Part shown: positions 27,714 through 36,609 of the stretch, in pieces | How the letters are laid out: every line of letters begins with the position of its first letter | Numbering within the stretch: the first letter of the stretch is position 1 | IMG/VR virus record: IMGVR_UViG_3300020049_007251 | Length of the DNA stretch: 64,000 bases | Strand: one strand, 5' to 3' | From: an uncultured virus (IMG/VR IMGVR_UViG_3300020049_007251) | Taxonomy: Duplodnaviria > Heunggongvirae > Uroviricota > Caudoviricetes | The notes under the pieces: model-generated | Databases searched by the model: none | What the model was told of the DNA's origin: nothing | What the model saw: only the letters and a program-made list of their open reading frames with translations | Position numbers and translations under genes: made by a program

Positions 27714-28510
27714 ATTACATGGACTTAGTGTTTCGAGTGTTAGTAGATGGGATTGAAGAACCCAATCAAAGAACTGGGCTTAAAACCCGAAGGCTTCTTA
27801 ATCAAACGGTTGAGTTGAAGTCCAATCAGCTATTTTCTACCAGAAAGATCCTGCCTCGGATTGCTGCGGCCGAAGTGGCCTGGATGCTGTCTGGGACTAG
27901 AAGTACAGAGTGGCTGTCTAAGCATACTAAAATCTGGCAGAAGTTTGAGGATCGGCCTGGGTTTATTAACACGGCTTATGGGTATAGGTGGGTACATGAG
28001 TTTGGAAGAAATCAAATAGAGGAGGCTATTGGGCTTCTTAAAAAAGATCCGTCCACGCGCCAGGCCCTCGTGATTTCATGGAATCCGGGGACTGATGGGT
28101 TAATGAGTCAAGGGTTTGATAAAAATGTGCCGTGCCCGTTTGCCTTCAACCTCTATATTGTTGCAGGGAAAGGATTTATTTCAGTTTATCAGCGGTCGGC
28201 TGATGTTATTATTGGAATTCCGTATGACTTGATGACCTACTATTTGTTAGGCCAGGCTATATTTAACTCGGTGGGTATTAAGTTTGGCGGTGTAGGGATT
28301 ATGATTGGGGATGCGCATATTTATGAGAATTGCTATCAGGTTGCTAATACAATGATCGATAATATTGTGCCGCATTTTCAACATTATCTTGACCACGAAT
28401 GGACGGTGGCGGAAATTCTGGAGAAACCGGATACTTTTGTTGGGATTTGTTCAGGCTGGTATGAAACGGTTAAGTTTCCAGTAAATGATAGATTGGAGGC
28501 TGCGGCATGA
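27710..28510 (+). CDS. Thymidylate synthase-superfamily enzyme, probably dCMP (hydroxy)methylase
   Basis: RTG, E..W..SG, YG.RW, TRQA, VPC, YQRSAD...G.PYD, GDAHIY; Asp replaces the ThyA Asn. Confidence 0.8.
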   Translation: MNYMDLVFRVLVDGIEEPNQRTGLKTRRLLNQTVELKSNQLFSTRKILPRIAAAEVAWMLSGTRSTEWLSKHTKIWQKFEDRPGFINTAYGYRWVHEFGRNQIEEAIGLLKKDPSTRQALVISWNPGTDGLMSQGFDKNVPCPFAFNLYIVAGKGFISVYQRSADVIIGIPYDLMTYYLLGQAIFNSVGIKFGGVGIMIGDAHIYENCYQVANTMIDNIVPHFQHYLDHEWTVAEILEKPDTFVGICSGWYETVKFPVNDRLEAAA

Positions 28511-28704
28511 TTAAGTTAAAACTTAAAAATGTTTCAAGAGATATAAACGGAAATCTATGTGCTGAAGCAGTAACAAGCATTGAAGGTAAAGAAATTGCAA
28601 AAGCCGGTCAATGTCAATGGGAAGGGCAAATTGTAATAGAAAAAGGAATGGAAAAATATTTTATATTTAAAGAACCTAAGGAAAAACCTTATGACAAAGC
28701 ATGA
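28507..28704 (+). CDS. Hypothetical protein
   Basis: Overlapping neighbours in operon. Confidence 0.45.
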   Translation: MIKLKLKNVSRDINGNLCAEAVTSIEGKEIAKAGQCQWEGQIVIEKGMEKYFIFKEPKEKPYDKA

Positions 28705-29128
28705 ATATCTCTGCGCTATAGCCGACGTTGTAAAGTCTAAGTCGGATTGCTTCAAGCGGAAAGTGGGGGCCGTGTTTGTAAATACCGACTACGAGATCCT
28801 GGCAACTGGTTATAACGCTCCGCCAAGGGGATTTAACCATTGTGATGCTAAAACCGGCTCTATGGGGTATCAACCAGGGACTTGTGGCTCTCCTTGCACA
28901 AGAAATATACATGCTGAGATTAATGCAATTTGTCAGGCCGCTAAACGCGGGACTGCTCTTAGAGACTCAATTCTTTATTGCAGCTATGCGCCGTGTGTAG
29001 ATTGTGCCAGGGCTTTGATTAACGTCGGAGTAAAAGAAGTTAGGGTTAAGGAATTAAATATTGACGGTGGATGGAATGTACTTCAGCATGCCGAAATTCC
29101 AGTAACTCTTTGGGGAGAAACTGTATGA
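28691..29128 (+). CDS. dCMP deaminase family
   Basis: S.C..RKVGAV, TGYN..P, HAEINAI, PCVDC. Confidence 0.9.
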   Translation: MTKHEYLCAIADVVKSKSDCFKRKVGAVFVNTDYEILATGYNAPPRGFNHCDAKTGSMGYQPGTCGSPCTRNIHAEINAICQAAKRGTALRDSILYCSYAPCVDCARALINVGVKEVRVKELNIDGGWNVLQHAEIPVTLWGETV

Positions 29129-29376
29129 AAGCCGTTGACCTTATGACTGTCTTAATGGATTGGCATAAAGCAGATTTTACTCATAAAGAATTTCAGTTTA
29201 TTGTGGAGTGCGCAGGAATTCTGGCAAAAGAAAAAACTCTTACTCCCGCGCAGCATCAGTGGTTGCAGTCGATATATGATAAAGTTGTGGCTTTCCGTTT
29301 TGGGCTTGAAGGAATGTCAACTGATCGGGAATATGCAGCTAAAAGAGCAATACTTAAGAAAAAAAGTCGCGGGTAA
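29125..29376 (+). CDS. Hypothetical protein
   Basis: ATGA overlap, RBS GGAG. Confidence 0.5.
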   Translation: MKAVDLMTVLMDWHKADFTHKEFQFIVECAGILAKEKTLTPAQHQWLQSIYDKVVAFRFGLEGMSTDREYAAKRAILKKKSRG

Positions 29377-30108
29377 AATAGTTTAATTACTGGTATACAA
29401 CTTACAAATACAAGTCTAATATACATTTATTCAATTAAATCTAGTGCGGATTAATAAATGATCCGGCTGGACGAAGTCAGCCAGAAATGGTACGGGTCGC
29501 ACGCCCAGACTTCTCCAGACCGGATCGACAAAGGGCGTGCGAGATGCTTCACTATTGTTATACCTGCAGAGAAAAATCTATTACACAAAGGCTCTACACT
29601 CGAAAAAGTGATGGGGCTAAATGTGTCTTCACGCGCTGCCTGAATAAAAATCCCAAATGTTTGTTTAAAGAGTTTAAAGTTATAGAAAAGGGGAAAGGCC
29701 ATGCCATTGTTTCTGAAGAGAAAAAAGCCGATAAAAAAGATTGCAGAGTTTATTCCAGAAATCAAACCCAGCTTGAGCTTTTCAAGCAATCTTGATTTTT
29801 CACTATTATACAAGTTTCAAAAAGAATGGGCAAGCGCAGACAATTGGTCTTTACAGTATACAGTAATTAGAAAATGGTGGCCAACAGTTTGTGATATAAA
29901 AATTCCCGAGGTTGACGCCGAGTTATTGCAGACCCGCATAGGGTACGAGCTGCAAGCTAGCGCTTATATAGAGGCAAGAATTCCAATGCCAAAATCAGTT
30001 CTTCAAAACTTGCAAGCAATCAGAGAATTTAGAGTTGATAGAATGACTCAAAGAATGAGCAAGTTTATGGGGATTATAATGGAAAGTAAAAAACAAGGAG
30101 AAGTGAAA

Positions 30109-30462
30109 ATGGGAAACAAAAAAGTGAAAGCAAACAAAAAAGAAGTGCGACAAGGCGTAAGTGCATTTTATCTTGAAATCTTTGCAGGGCAAGCTGTGTC
30201 AGCGTTAACTGATGAGCAGATTGCTAAAGCAATTGAGGGAAAAACTGGGTCGTTGCCGACGCTTAAGAACGTGGCATCTTACCGCTGCATGTACAATGCC
30301 GGTAAGCTTCAAGGCCAGAAAAATGTGCCAAGTGGCAAGGTTAAGGCAGTGCGTGCAAAAAGTGATCGTCCGGCTAAGCCCAAGGTTACGATGAGCGAAG
30401 AGACTAAGGCAAAGCTTAAGGCTTACAGTGCCAAGAAAAAGGCGTCTAAAAATAAAAAGTAA
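30109..30462 (+). CDS. Basic DNA-binding-like protein with Lys-rich tail
   Basis: RBS AAGGAG before ATG 30109; LTDEQIA...VASYR..YN.GKL. Confidence 0.6.
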   Translation: MGNKKVKANKKEVRQGVSAFYLEIFAGQAVSALTDEQIAKAIEGKTGSLPTLKNVASYRCMYNAGKLQGQKNVPSGKVKAVRAKSDRPAKPKVTMSEETKAKLKAYSAKKKASKNKK

Positions 30463-30467
30463 AATAA

Positions 30468-30623
30468 GCAGGGTTGTGGCGGGATGAACCCGCAAAATAT
30501 AGGCAGATTAAGCGAACTGCCGGAGAATGCAAAAAGTCACATAAAGCAGTAGGTCGTAGGATACCGAACCTATACTTGAGCATCACCAAAATCGCCAGCA
30601 GGTAAAAATCCTGTCAACCCTGT
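30468..30623 (+). ncRNA. tRNA-like structured element (acceptor-like stem plus T-arm, expanded interior)
   Basis: GCAGGGTTG pairs with CAACCCTGT; adjacent GCAGG-TAAAAAT-CCTGT; internal hairpins GCGGG/CCCGC and GGCAG/CTGCC. Confidence 0.55.
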
Positions 30624-30642
30624 AAATTTCTGGAGAAAAAAA

Positions 30643-31719
30643 ATGTCTGATTTAATTAAATGTCCAAGTTGCGGTGAAGAGTTTGAGCTTGACAAGGCCA
30701 TGGCTAAAAAAATGGAGGCGGGTGTTGAAAAAGAACTGGCCAAAAGATTAGCTGTTGAAAAAAATAAAATCCTTAAGGAGGCTAACGAAAGCGTTATTTC
30801 TCTTCAGGAAAAGCTTGACAAAGCTAATGCTAACGAATTGTCATTGCGTAAGCAAAAGACCGAACTTGAGCAAAAAGCCAAGGACATAGACCTAGAGGTT
30901 CAACGTAAGCTCGAACAAGAGAAGGCAAGCATAGAGGCCAGAGTTTCTGCCAGAATAGTTGAGGATCATCGCGCTAAAGATTCTGAGAAAGACAAAAAGT
31001 TAGCAGACACACTGGCACAAGTTGAGGAACTTAAAAGACGCATGGAGCAAGGCTCTCAACAGGCCCAAGGCGAAACGTTTGAGGCTGAGCTTGAGGAAAT
31101 GCTTAGGATTCAGTTTCCTTTTGACGTGATTGACCCTGTATCCCCTGGAATCAAAGGTGGGGATATTTTGCATATTTTTAAGAATAAGGCCGGCACAGAA
31201 TGCGGAAGAATGCTTTGGGAAATAAAGAGGACTAAAGCTTGGTCAGACGGCTGGATTACTAAGATCAAAGCCGATGCTCGAAATGCTAAAGCCGACGTTT
31301 GTTTGATTGCAACTGAGACCCTTCCTAAAGGTTTAGAGGAATTTGGTGAAGTGGAAAGTGTCTGGGTTTCTTCTCCAGGAAATTGTATTCCTTTGGCTCA
31401 TGCTATTCGTCAAGGCCTTATGCGAGCGGCTAAAGAAAAGTATTTACAGGCTGGAAAGAAAGACAAGGCAGTTTTAGTTTACGAATATATGACTGGTCTT
31501 GAGTTTAAAGGAAGGATTGAAGGGATTGTTGAATCGTATAGAACTATGAAGGCTGATTTAGACTCTGAAAGAAGAGCTATGGAGAAAGTCTGGGCAAAGC
31601 GCGAAAAACAAATTTCTATGGTAACGTTTAATCTAGCTAGTATGCATGGCGAAATTGAAGCAATAGCAGCAGGCGAATTACCGGCAATAGCAGCATTACA
31701 AATTGGAGAAGCCAAATGA
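30643..31719 (+). CDS. DUF2130-like protein (Zn ribbon, coiled coil, nuclease-like domain)
   Basis: IKCPSC, SQQ.QGE..E..LE..L...FP.D, WE.KRTK.WS..W. Confidence 0.8.
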   Translation: MSDLIKCPSCGEEFELDKAMAKKMEAGVEKELAKRLAVEKNKILKEANESVISLQEKLDKANANELSLRKQKTELEQKAKDIDLEVQRKLEQEKASIEARVSARIVEDHRAKDSEKDKKLADTLAQVEELKRRMEQGSQQAQGETFEAELEEMLRIQFPFDVIDPVSPGIKGGDILHIFKNKAGTECGRMLWEIKRTKAWSDGWITKIKADARNAKADVCLIATETLPKGLEEFGEVESVWVSSPGNCIPLAHAIRQGLMRAAKEKYLQAGKKDKAVLVYEYMTGLEFKGRIEGIVESYRTMKADLDSERRAMEKVWAKREKQISMVTFNLASMHGEIEAIAAGELPAIAALQIGEAK

Positions 31720-31898
31720 GCAAAAGCAAATGGAATAAAGAAGTTTCTGAGAAATATGATATGCCTTTAATTTGCATAAATTGCAAAACATTAAGAAATC
31801 GTTTTATGAAAAAAACAAATCTTTGTATAGTTTGTGCAAATAAGCTTTCTCGTAAAGGGCAGGCTAAAAAAGCCGCCGCACAAAAGGCTTTGAAATGA
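31716..31898 (+). CDS. Small zinc-finger protein
   Basis: CINC...CIVC; ATGA overlaps. Confidence 0.5.
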   Translation: MSKSKWNKEVSEKYDMPLICINCKTLRNRFMKKTNLCIVCANKLSRKGQAKKAAAQKALK

Positions 31899-32875
31899 GC
31901 AAGACTTTTTACGAGATGGAACGCGATGGCGTGACGCAAAGCCTTATTTCTATGTGGCTGTCTTGCCGTCAAAAGGCCCGATTTTACCTCCAGGGATGGG
32001 AAAGTAGGTATGCTAAAGAAGCGTTAGTTGACGGGAACGTTGGCCATGCGGTTTTAGAGTATGCCTATTTGGACGTAAAAGCCGGAAAACTTACCTCCCC
32101 TCCGTCTGAAAAAAGTATTAGAAAGTACACTGATATAGTTGAGAAGATGTGGAATCAAGAGCATGTGCGGCTTGATACAAAAGCTAGGGTAATGGTGGAC
32201 AAGGCCTTGGCAGTCATGGAAGTTGTGCTTCCGCTTTACTTTGACTATTGGAGAGACGACTTTACTAAAAAGAAATGGCTTTCTCTGGAAGAGAAGTGGG
32301 TTATGTGGTTACCGATAGTCGGGGCAGATGGTAAAAAAGTTAGCATTCCGCTAAGAGGAAAAAAAGACGGAACTTTTCAAGGGACAAAAGGGACATGGCT
32401 TTTTGAAACTAAATTTAAAGCTATGATCGATGAAGGAGGAATATCGGAAACTTTAAGCTTTGAAACTCAAGTTATGCTTTATCTTTTAGAAACTTGGGGA
32501 GGCACCTCAAGTCCAGTGCCTAGAGGCTGTCTTTATAATGTTATTAGACGAACAGCCCTAAGAATGAATACCAGTGAAACAGTAGTTCAATATGCCAAGC
32601 GCGTAAAGAAAGACGTTGAGAAGCGGCCAGAGTTTTACTTCATGCGCATGGAAAGCCCAACATCTGAGAAAGAGTTGTTGGCCTTCAAAGCCGAGTTAAC
32701 CTCTCTTCTTCAGGATATGTGGAATTGGTGGAAAGGCTTGGCTCCGCACTATAAAAATACTTATGAGTGTATTGGCAAATACGGCAAGTGCTTGTATCTG
32801 CCCGTGTGTGGAAGAGATGAGTTTAATTCTTTGGCAAAAAGAAAAGTAGTCTTCAAAGAACTTGAGGACCTATAA
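31895..32875 (+). CDS. PD-(D/E)XK exonuclease (RecB/Cas4-like fold)
   Basis: QS....CRQK, G..GH..LE, RGKKD..ETK, Q..LY, C-terminal C..C..C. Confidence 0.8.
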   Translation: MSKTFYEMERDGVTQSLISMWLSCRQKARFYLQGWESRYAKEALVDGNVGHAVLEYAYLDVKAGKLTSPPSEKSIRKYTDIVEKMWNQEHVRLDTKARVMVDKALAVMEVVLPLYFDYWRDDFTKKKWLSLEEKWVMWLPIVGADGKKVSIPLRGKKDGTFQGTKGTWLFETKFKAMIDEGGISETLSFETQVMLYLLETWGGTSSPVPRGCLYNVIRRTALRMNTSETVVQYAKRVKKDVEKRPEFYFMRMESPTSEKELLAFKAELTSLLQDMWNWWKGLAPHYKNTYECIGKYGKCLYLPVCGRDEFNSLAKRKVVFKELEDL

Positions 32876-32886
32876 AGGAGAAGCAA

Positions 32887-33735
32887 ATGGCTATTAAAAT
32901 ACTAAAAGGCAATAAAAAAAGCAGTAAAAGAATTGAAAAAGCTGAAGAGCCAATTGGTAAGCTTAGCTTGCCAAAGCATAAGTCTGAGAGATCGGATGAG
33001 GTTCAAGACTATTCGATTTTGATGTACGGTAAAAAGAAAATAGGTAAAACTTCTTTTACGGCTCAGTTTGAGGGGATGTTAGGAATGATGTGTGAGCCGG
33101 GTGGAAAAGCTCAGGAAATGTATCAGGTACCTTGTCGCAATTGGAAGGAGCTGCGCGAGTACACAAGATTATTTATTAAAGACGATCGCTTTAAAACTGC
33201 CTCTATTGATACTGCAGATTATGCTTATGAGTTTTGCATGGAGTATATCTGCAAAAAGATGGTTATTGACCACCCTTCAGATGAAGGTTATGGTAAAGGC
33301 TGGAAAGCGGTGCGGGCTGAGTTTCAGGCATGGGTAACTGAGCTGCTTCACTCTGGAAAAGGAATTATATTCATAAGCCATAGCAAGGACGAGGAGTTTA
33401 AAACAAGAAAAGGAGACACTTTTAATAAGGTAGGGGCTTCAATGGCAGGGCAAGCCAAAGATATTCTTGAAGGCTTGGTAGACATTTGGGCAAACTACGA
33501 GTACGATGGGAAGAGACGATACTTAATCATAGGCGGCTCAGACGAAGTTGATGCAGGTAATCGGGTAGAGGGACATTTTCTTGATACGGATGGTACACCT
33601 CTTGACCGAATACCAATGGGGAATAATCCTCGTGAAGCATATAGGAACTTTGTTGCCGCTTTTAATAATAAACTGCAAATCGCTCGTGAAGAGGCGGTTG
33701 CTCAACCAAAAAAACTTGTTATTAAACGCAAGTAA
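32887..33735 (+). CDS. AAA ATPase (Sak4-like recombination protein)
   Basis: YGKKKIGKTS, IDT, YGKGW, FISH. Confidence 0.85.
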   Translation: MAIKILKGNKKSSKRIEKAEEPIGKLSLPKHKSERSDEVQDYSILMYGKKKIGKTSFTAQFEGMLGMMCEPGGKAQEMYQVPCRNWKELREYTRLFIKDDRFKTASIDTADYAYEFCMEYICKKMVIDHPSDEGYGKGWKAVRAEFQAWVTELLHSGKGIIFISHSKDEEFKTRKGDTFNKVGASMAGQAKDILEGLVDIWANYEYDGKRRYLIIGGSDEVDAGNRVEGHFLDTDGTPLDRIPMGNNPREAYRNFVAAFNNKLQIAREEAVAQPKKLVIKRK

Positions 33736-33750
33736 AAAAAGGAGAATCAA

Positions 33751-34644
33751 ATGGGTATTGATGCAAAAATGAAAGCAAAGTTGGCAAAGTTTAACAAAAA
33801 CTTCTCAAAGGAAAAAAAGCGCGCAGATGAACTTGGCGGATTTGCCGAAATTCCTGACGGCAAATACTTGGCTAAAGTTGCTAGCTGCGAAATCAAAAAC
33901 TCAAACGCAGGCGAAATGCACTTAGTATTTATTTTTGAGATTACTGAGAGCGCCGAAGATGAAAGCCTTGTTGGCGCCAAAGCCAGCAAATGGTGCAACG
34001 TTGAAAAAGAAGATGGTCCAGCATATTTGATCCGTGACCTTCGCAAGTTTGGGATTGACTTGGACGATTTGGAACAGCTTCCAGAAGTTGCTAAATTGAT
34101 TGACGATCAAAAACCAGAAGTCAAGATTAGTTTAAAAACCGGAAACAGTGGACAGTTTACGTATCTTGATACGGTTATTTCTGAAATTGATGCTGGCGAA
34201 AATGCCTTGAGTGATGATGAAGAAAGCGAAGATGATGACGAAGATGACGATGAAGAAGAATCGGAATCTGAAGAATCAGAAGACGAAGAAGAATCAGAAG
34301 AAGAGTCTGAGGAGGAGTCTGAAGAAGAAGATGACGTTCAGCTTGACGTTGGGATAACTGTTGAGTTTACCTCAAAGAAAGGCGAAAAAGTGTCTGGAGA
34401 AATAACTGCCATTGATGAAAAAAAAGGCACAGTTGATGTTAAAGCAGGGAAAACAAACTTCAAAGGAATCGCTGTTGACCGTCTATCTATCCCCAAGGTA
34501 GAGGATCAAGAAGACGAATCCGAGGAAGAAGAGGAAGAAGAAGAAAAACCATCAAAAGCAAAAAAAGTAACACCAACGAAAGGAAAAGCCGTGGCTAAAG
34601 CAACCAAAAAAGCACCAGCTAAGAAAACAGCAAAGAAGAAGTAA
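33751..34644 (+). CDS. ssDNA-binding-like protein (DUF669-like) with acidic tracts and basic tail
   Basis: F..IPDGKY...V; follows AAA gene; Asp/Glu runs. Confidence 0.65.
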   Translation: MGIDAKMKAKLAKFNKNFSKEKKRADELGGFAEIPDGKYLAKVASCEIKNSNAGEMHLVFIFEITESAEDESLVGAKASKWCNVEKEDGPAYLIRDLRKFGIDLDDLEQLPEVAKLIDDQKPEVKISLKTGNSGQFTYLDTVISEIDAGENALSDDEESEDDDEDDDEEESESEESEDEEESEEESEEESEEEDDVQLDVGITVEFTSKKGEKVSGEITAIDEKKGTVDVKAGKTNFKGIAVDRLSIPKVEDQEDESEEEEEEEEKPSKAKKVTPTKGKAVAKATKKAPAKKTAKKK

Positions 34645-34707
34645 AAAGCACAGGCAGGGGCGCGACTGCACATCAACGCGCATTCTAAAATCCCAAAGGA
34701 AAAATCA

Positions 34708-36609
34708 ATGTCATTATCGTCTTTAAAAGGCCCAATTATAGCATACGATACCGAAACCACAGGGTTAAACCCTTGGAAAAGTGCAATTTATACCAAATAC
34801 GCTATGTGTCCCGCTAGACCTTTTGCATTTGCCTTTAAAGACCTACACGGTAATTCTGCCTTTATTCGTTGGGAAGTAAACCCCACAACTCGTAAAGTTA
34901 ATATTGTTTCCAGGGATCTAAAGGCAATGTCAGAAATTCTTGGCGACCCAGCAATTATAAAGGTTGGCCATAATTTGTCTTTTGATATTAGGATGACGCG
35001 ACTTTCTGGAATAAAATTTGATTGGACAAAAGTACATGATACACAATTCTTGGCCCATGTTTTAACGGGTGGGTCTTTGTTTTCTTACGGTCTTAAAAAC
35101 TTATCTTTACAGTGGTTAGAAATGGATAATACTAAACAGAAAGCTCTTGAAGATAGCACAAAAAAAGCGCGGCTTCAAGCTAAGAAACTAAAATGGAATA
35201 TTGCTAACGAAGAAACCCACGGCACAAAAGAACATTGGAGATCAGATTATTGGTTGGCGGATAAAAATGTTTTAATGGAGTATGCGCTTGAAGATCTTGA
35301 AATGACAATGCCATTATTTGCGGGGTTATCTGAAGAATTAGAAAAAACTCCATCTTTGAAGCCTGTTTATGAAGGTGAAATAGCGGTAATGAAAGAGCTT
35401 TATAGAATGGAGGCTAATGGAGTCAATTGTTTTCCAGAAAATTTATTAAGCCTTAGAAAGTTTTATGGCGCGTATTCAGCTAAATGGAAAGAGAAAATGG
35501 AGAAGCTTGGCGCAAAAGATCTTAATGTTAATTCCCCAAAGCAAATGGTAGAGTTGTTTGTTAAGAAGCGCGGCAACAGAGTATACAATAGGACGGACTC
35601 AGGCGCTCCAAGCATTGACAATGACGAGCTTCTACGTTTATCGGAAAAAGATCCATTAGCTAAAGCGGTTTTGGAGTACAAGGCTTCAGAGTCTATGGTT
35701 CAAAAGTTTATAAATTCTTATGAGAGATTTATGGCCAAAGACGAGGAGTGTTGGTTATTACACCCAAATTTTCGTCAAGCTACAGTTACTGGCAGGCTGT
35801 CATGCGCGGACCCCAATCTTCAGCAAGTAGCTTCCCCAGATAGTGTAAAAAAGAAAGCTGATATTGAGCTTAAGCCGCGCGAAGCTATGGGTCCTAGACC
35901 AGGCCATGTTTGGTATCTTTTAGACTATAGCCAAATGGAAGTATGGCTATTTGCGTTTCAAGCCAGAGATAAAATCTTAATGGAAGCGCTATTACAAGGT
36001 AAAGATGTTCATGAAGCTGTAGGCAACCAGGTATGGGGGCATCTGCCAGACTGGAAACCTGGAAAAACAATACACCGTAAAAAAGGAAAAACAACAATGT
36101 TTTTAAAACAATACGGGGGAACAGCCAAAGCAGGAGCAGCGCTATTTGGATGCTCACGCGAAGAAGCTCAAGATATTATAGACGAATTTGATCGCAGACT
36201 TCCTGGTGTAAGTCAGTACGTAGAAAGAAAAACTAGAATGGCAGAAAAAGCGGGAATGATAGAAAATGTTTTTGGGCGTAGATACTATTTAGATCCACGA
36301 TTTGCTTATAAAGCTGTAAACTACGATATTCAAGGTCCGTGTGCCGACATGATCAAAAGAGCCATTTGTAGAATAGGCCCCTTGTTAAGGGCTACCAAAT
36401 CGTGGGAAGCTAAAATGGTTTTAACTATTCACGATGAACTTGTTGTAGAAGTATCTGAACATGCGGACAAAAAATACAGGAATGAAATTATATCAGCAGT
36501 ACAAAAAGAAATGCAAAGAGACAGCAAAAAAGTTGGGCTGCCGGTGGACATTCCTGTTGGGTGCAAAATAACTTTTACAACTTGGGCCGAAGCAAAGGAA
36601 TTAAAATGA
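34708..36609 (+). CDS. DNA polymerase family A with 3'-5' exonuclease
   Basis: DTETTG, HN..FD, TGRLS...PNLQQ, DYSQ.E, R...K...F...YG, N..IQG..AD, IHDE. Confidence 0.95.
   Translation: MSLSSLKGPIIAYDTETTGLNPWKSAIYTKYAMCPARPFAFAFKDLHGNSAFIRWEVNPTTRKVNIVSRDLKAMSEILGDPAIIKVGHNLSFDIRMTRLSGIKFDWTKVHDTQFLAHVLTGGSLFSYGLKNLSLQWLEMDNTKQKALEDSTKKARLQAKKLKWNIANEETHGTKEHWRSDYWLADKNVLMEYALEDLEMTMPLFAGLSEELEKTPSLKPVYEGEIAVMKELYRMEANGVNCFPENLLSLRKFYGAYSAKWKEKMEKLGAKDLNVNSPKQMVELFVKKRGNRVYNRTDSGAPSIDNDELLRLSEKDPLAKAVLEYKASESMVQKFINSYERFMAKDEECWLLHPNFRQATVTGRLSCADPNLQQVASPDSVKKKADIELKPREAMGPRPGHVWYLLDYSQMEVWLFAFQARDKILMEALLQGKDVHEAVGNQVWGHLPDWKPGKTIHRKKGKTTMFLKQYGGTAKAGAALFGCSREEAQDIIDEFDRRLPGVSQYVERKTRMAEKAGMIENVFGRRYYLDPRFAYKAVNYDIQGPCADMIKRAICRIGPLLRATKSWEAKMVLTIHDELVVEVSEHADKKYRNEIISAVQKEMQRDSKKVGLPVDIPVGCKITFTTWAEAKELK

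Noticed and set aside
27710..28510. Ordinary thyA
   Set aside because: The specificity residue is Asp rather than Asn, so the symbol was withheld.
29451..30108. Overlapping ORFs 29458, 29487 and the 5' extension of 29701-30462
   Set aside because: No clear RBS or recognisable motif; could hold one or two real small genes but I cannot choose a frame.
31895..32875. CRISPR-associated Cas4
   Set aside because: No cas1/cas2 or array; the nuclease-AAA-SSB context is a standard phage recombination module.
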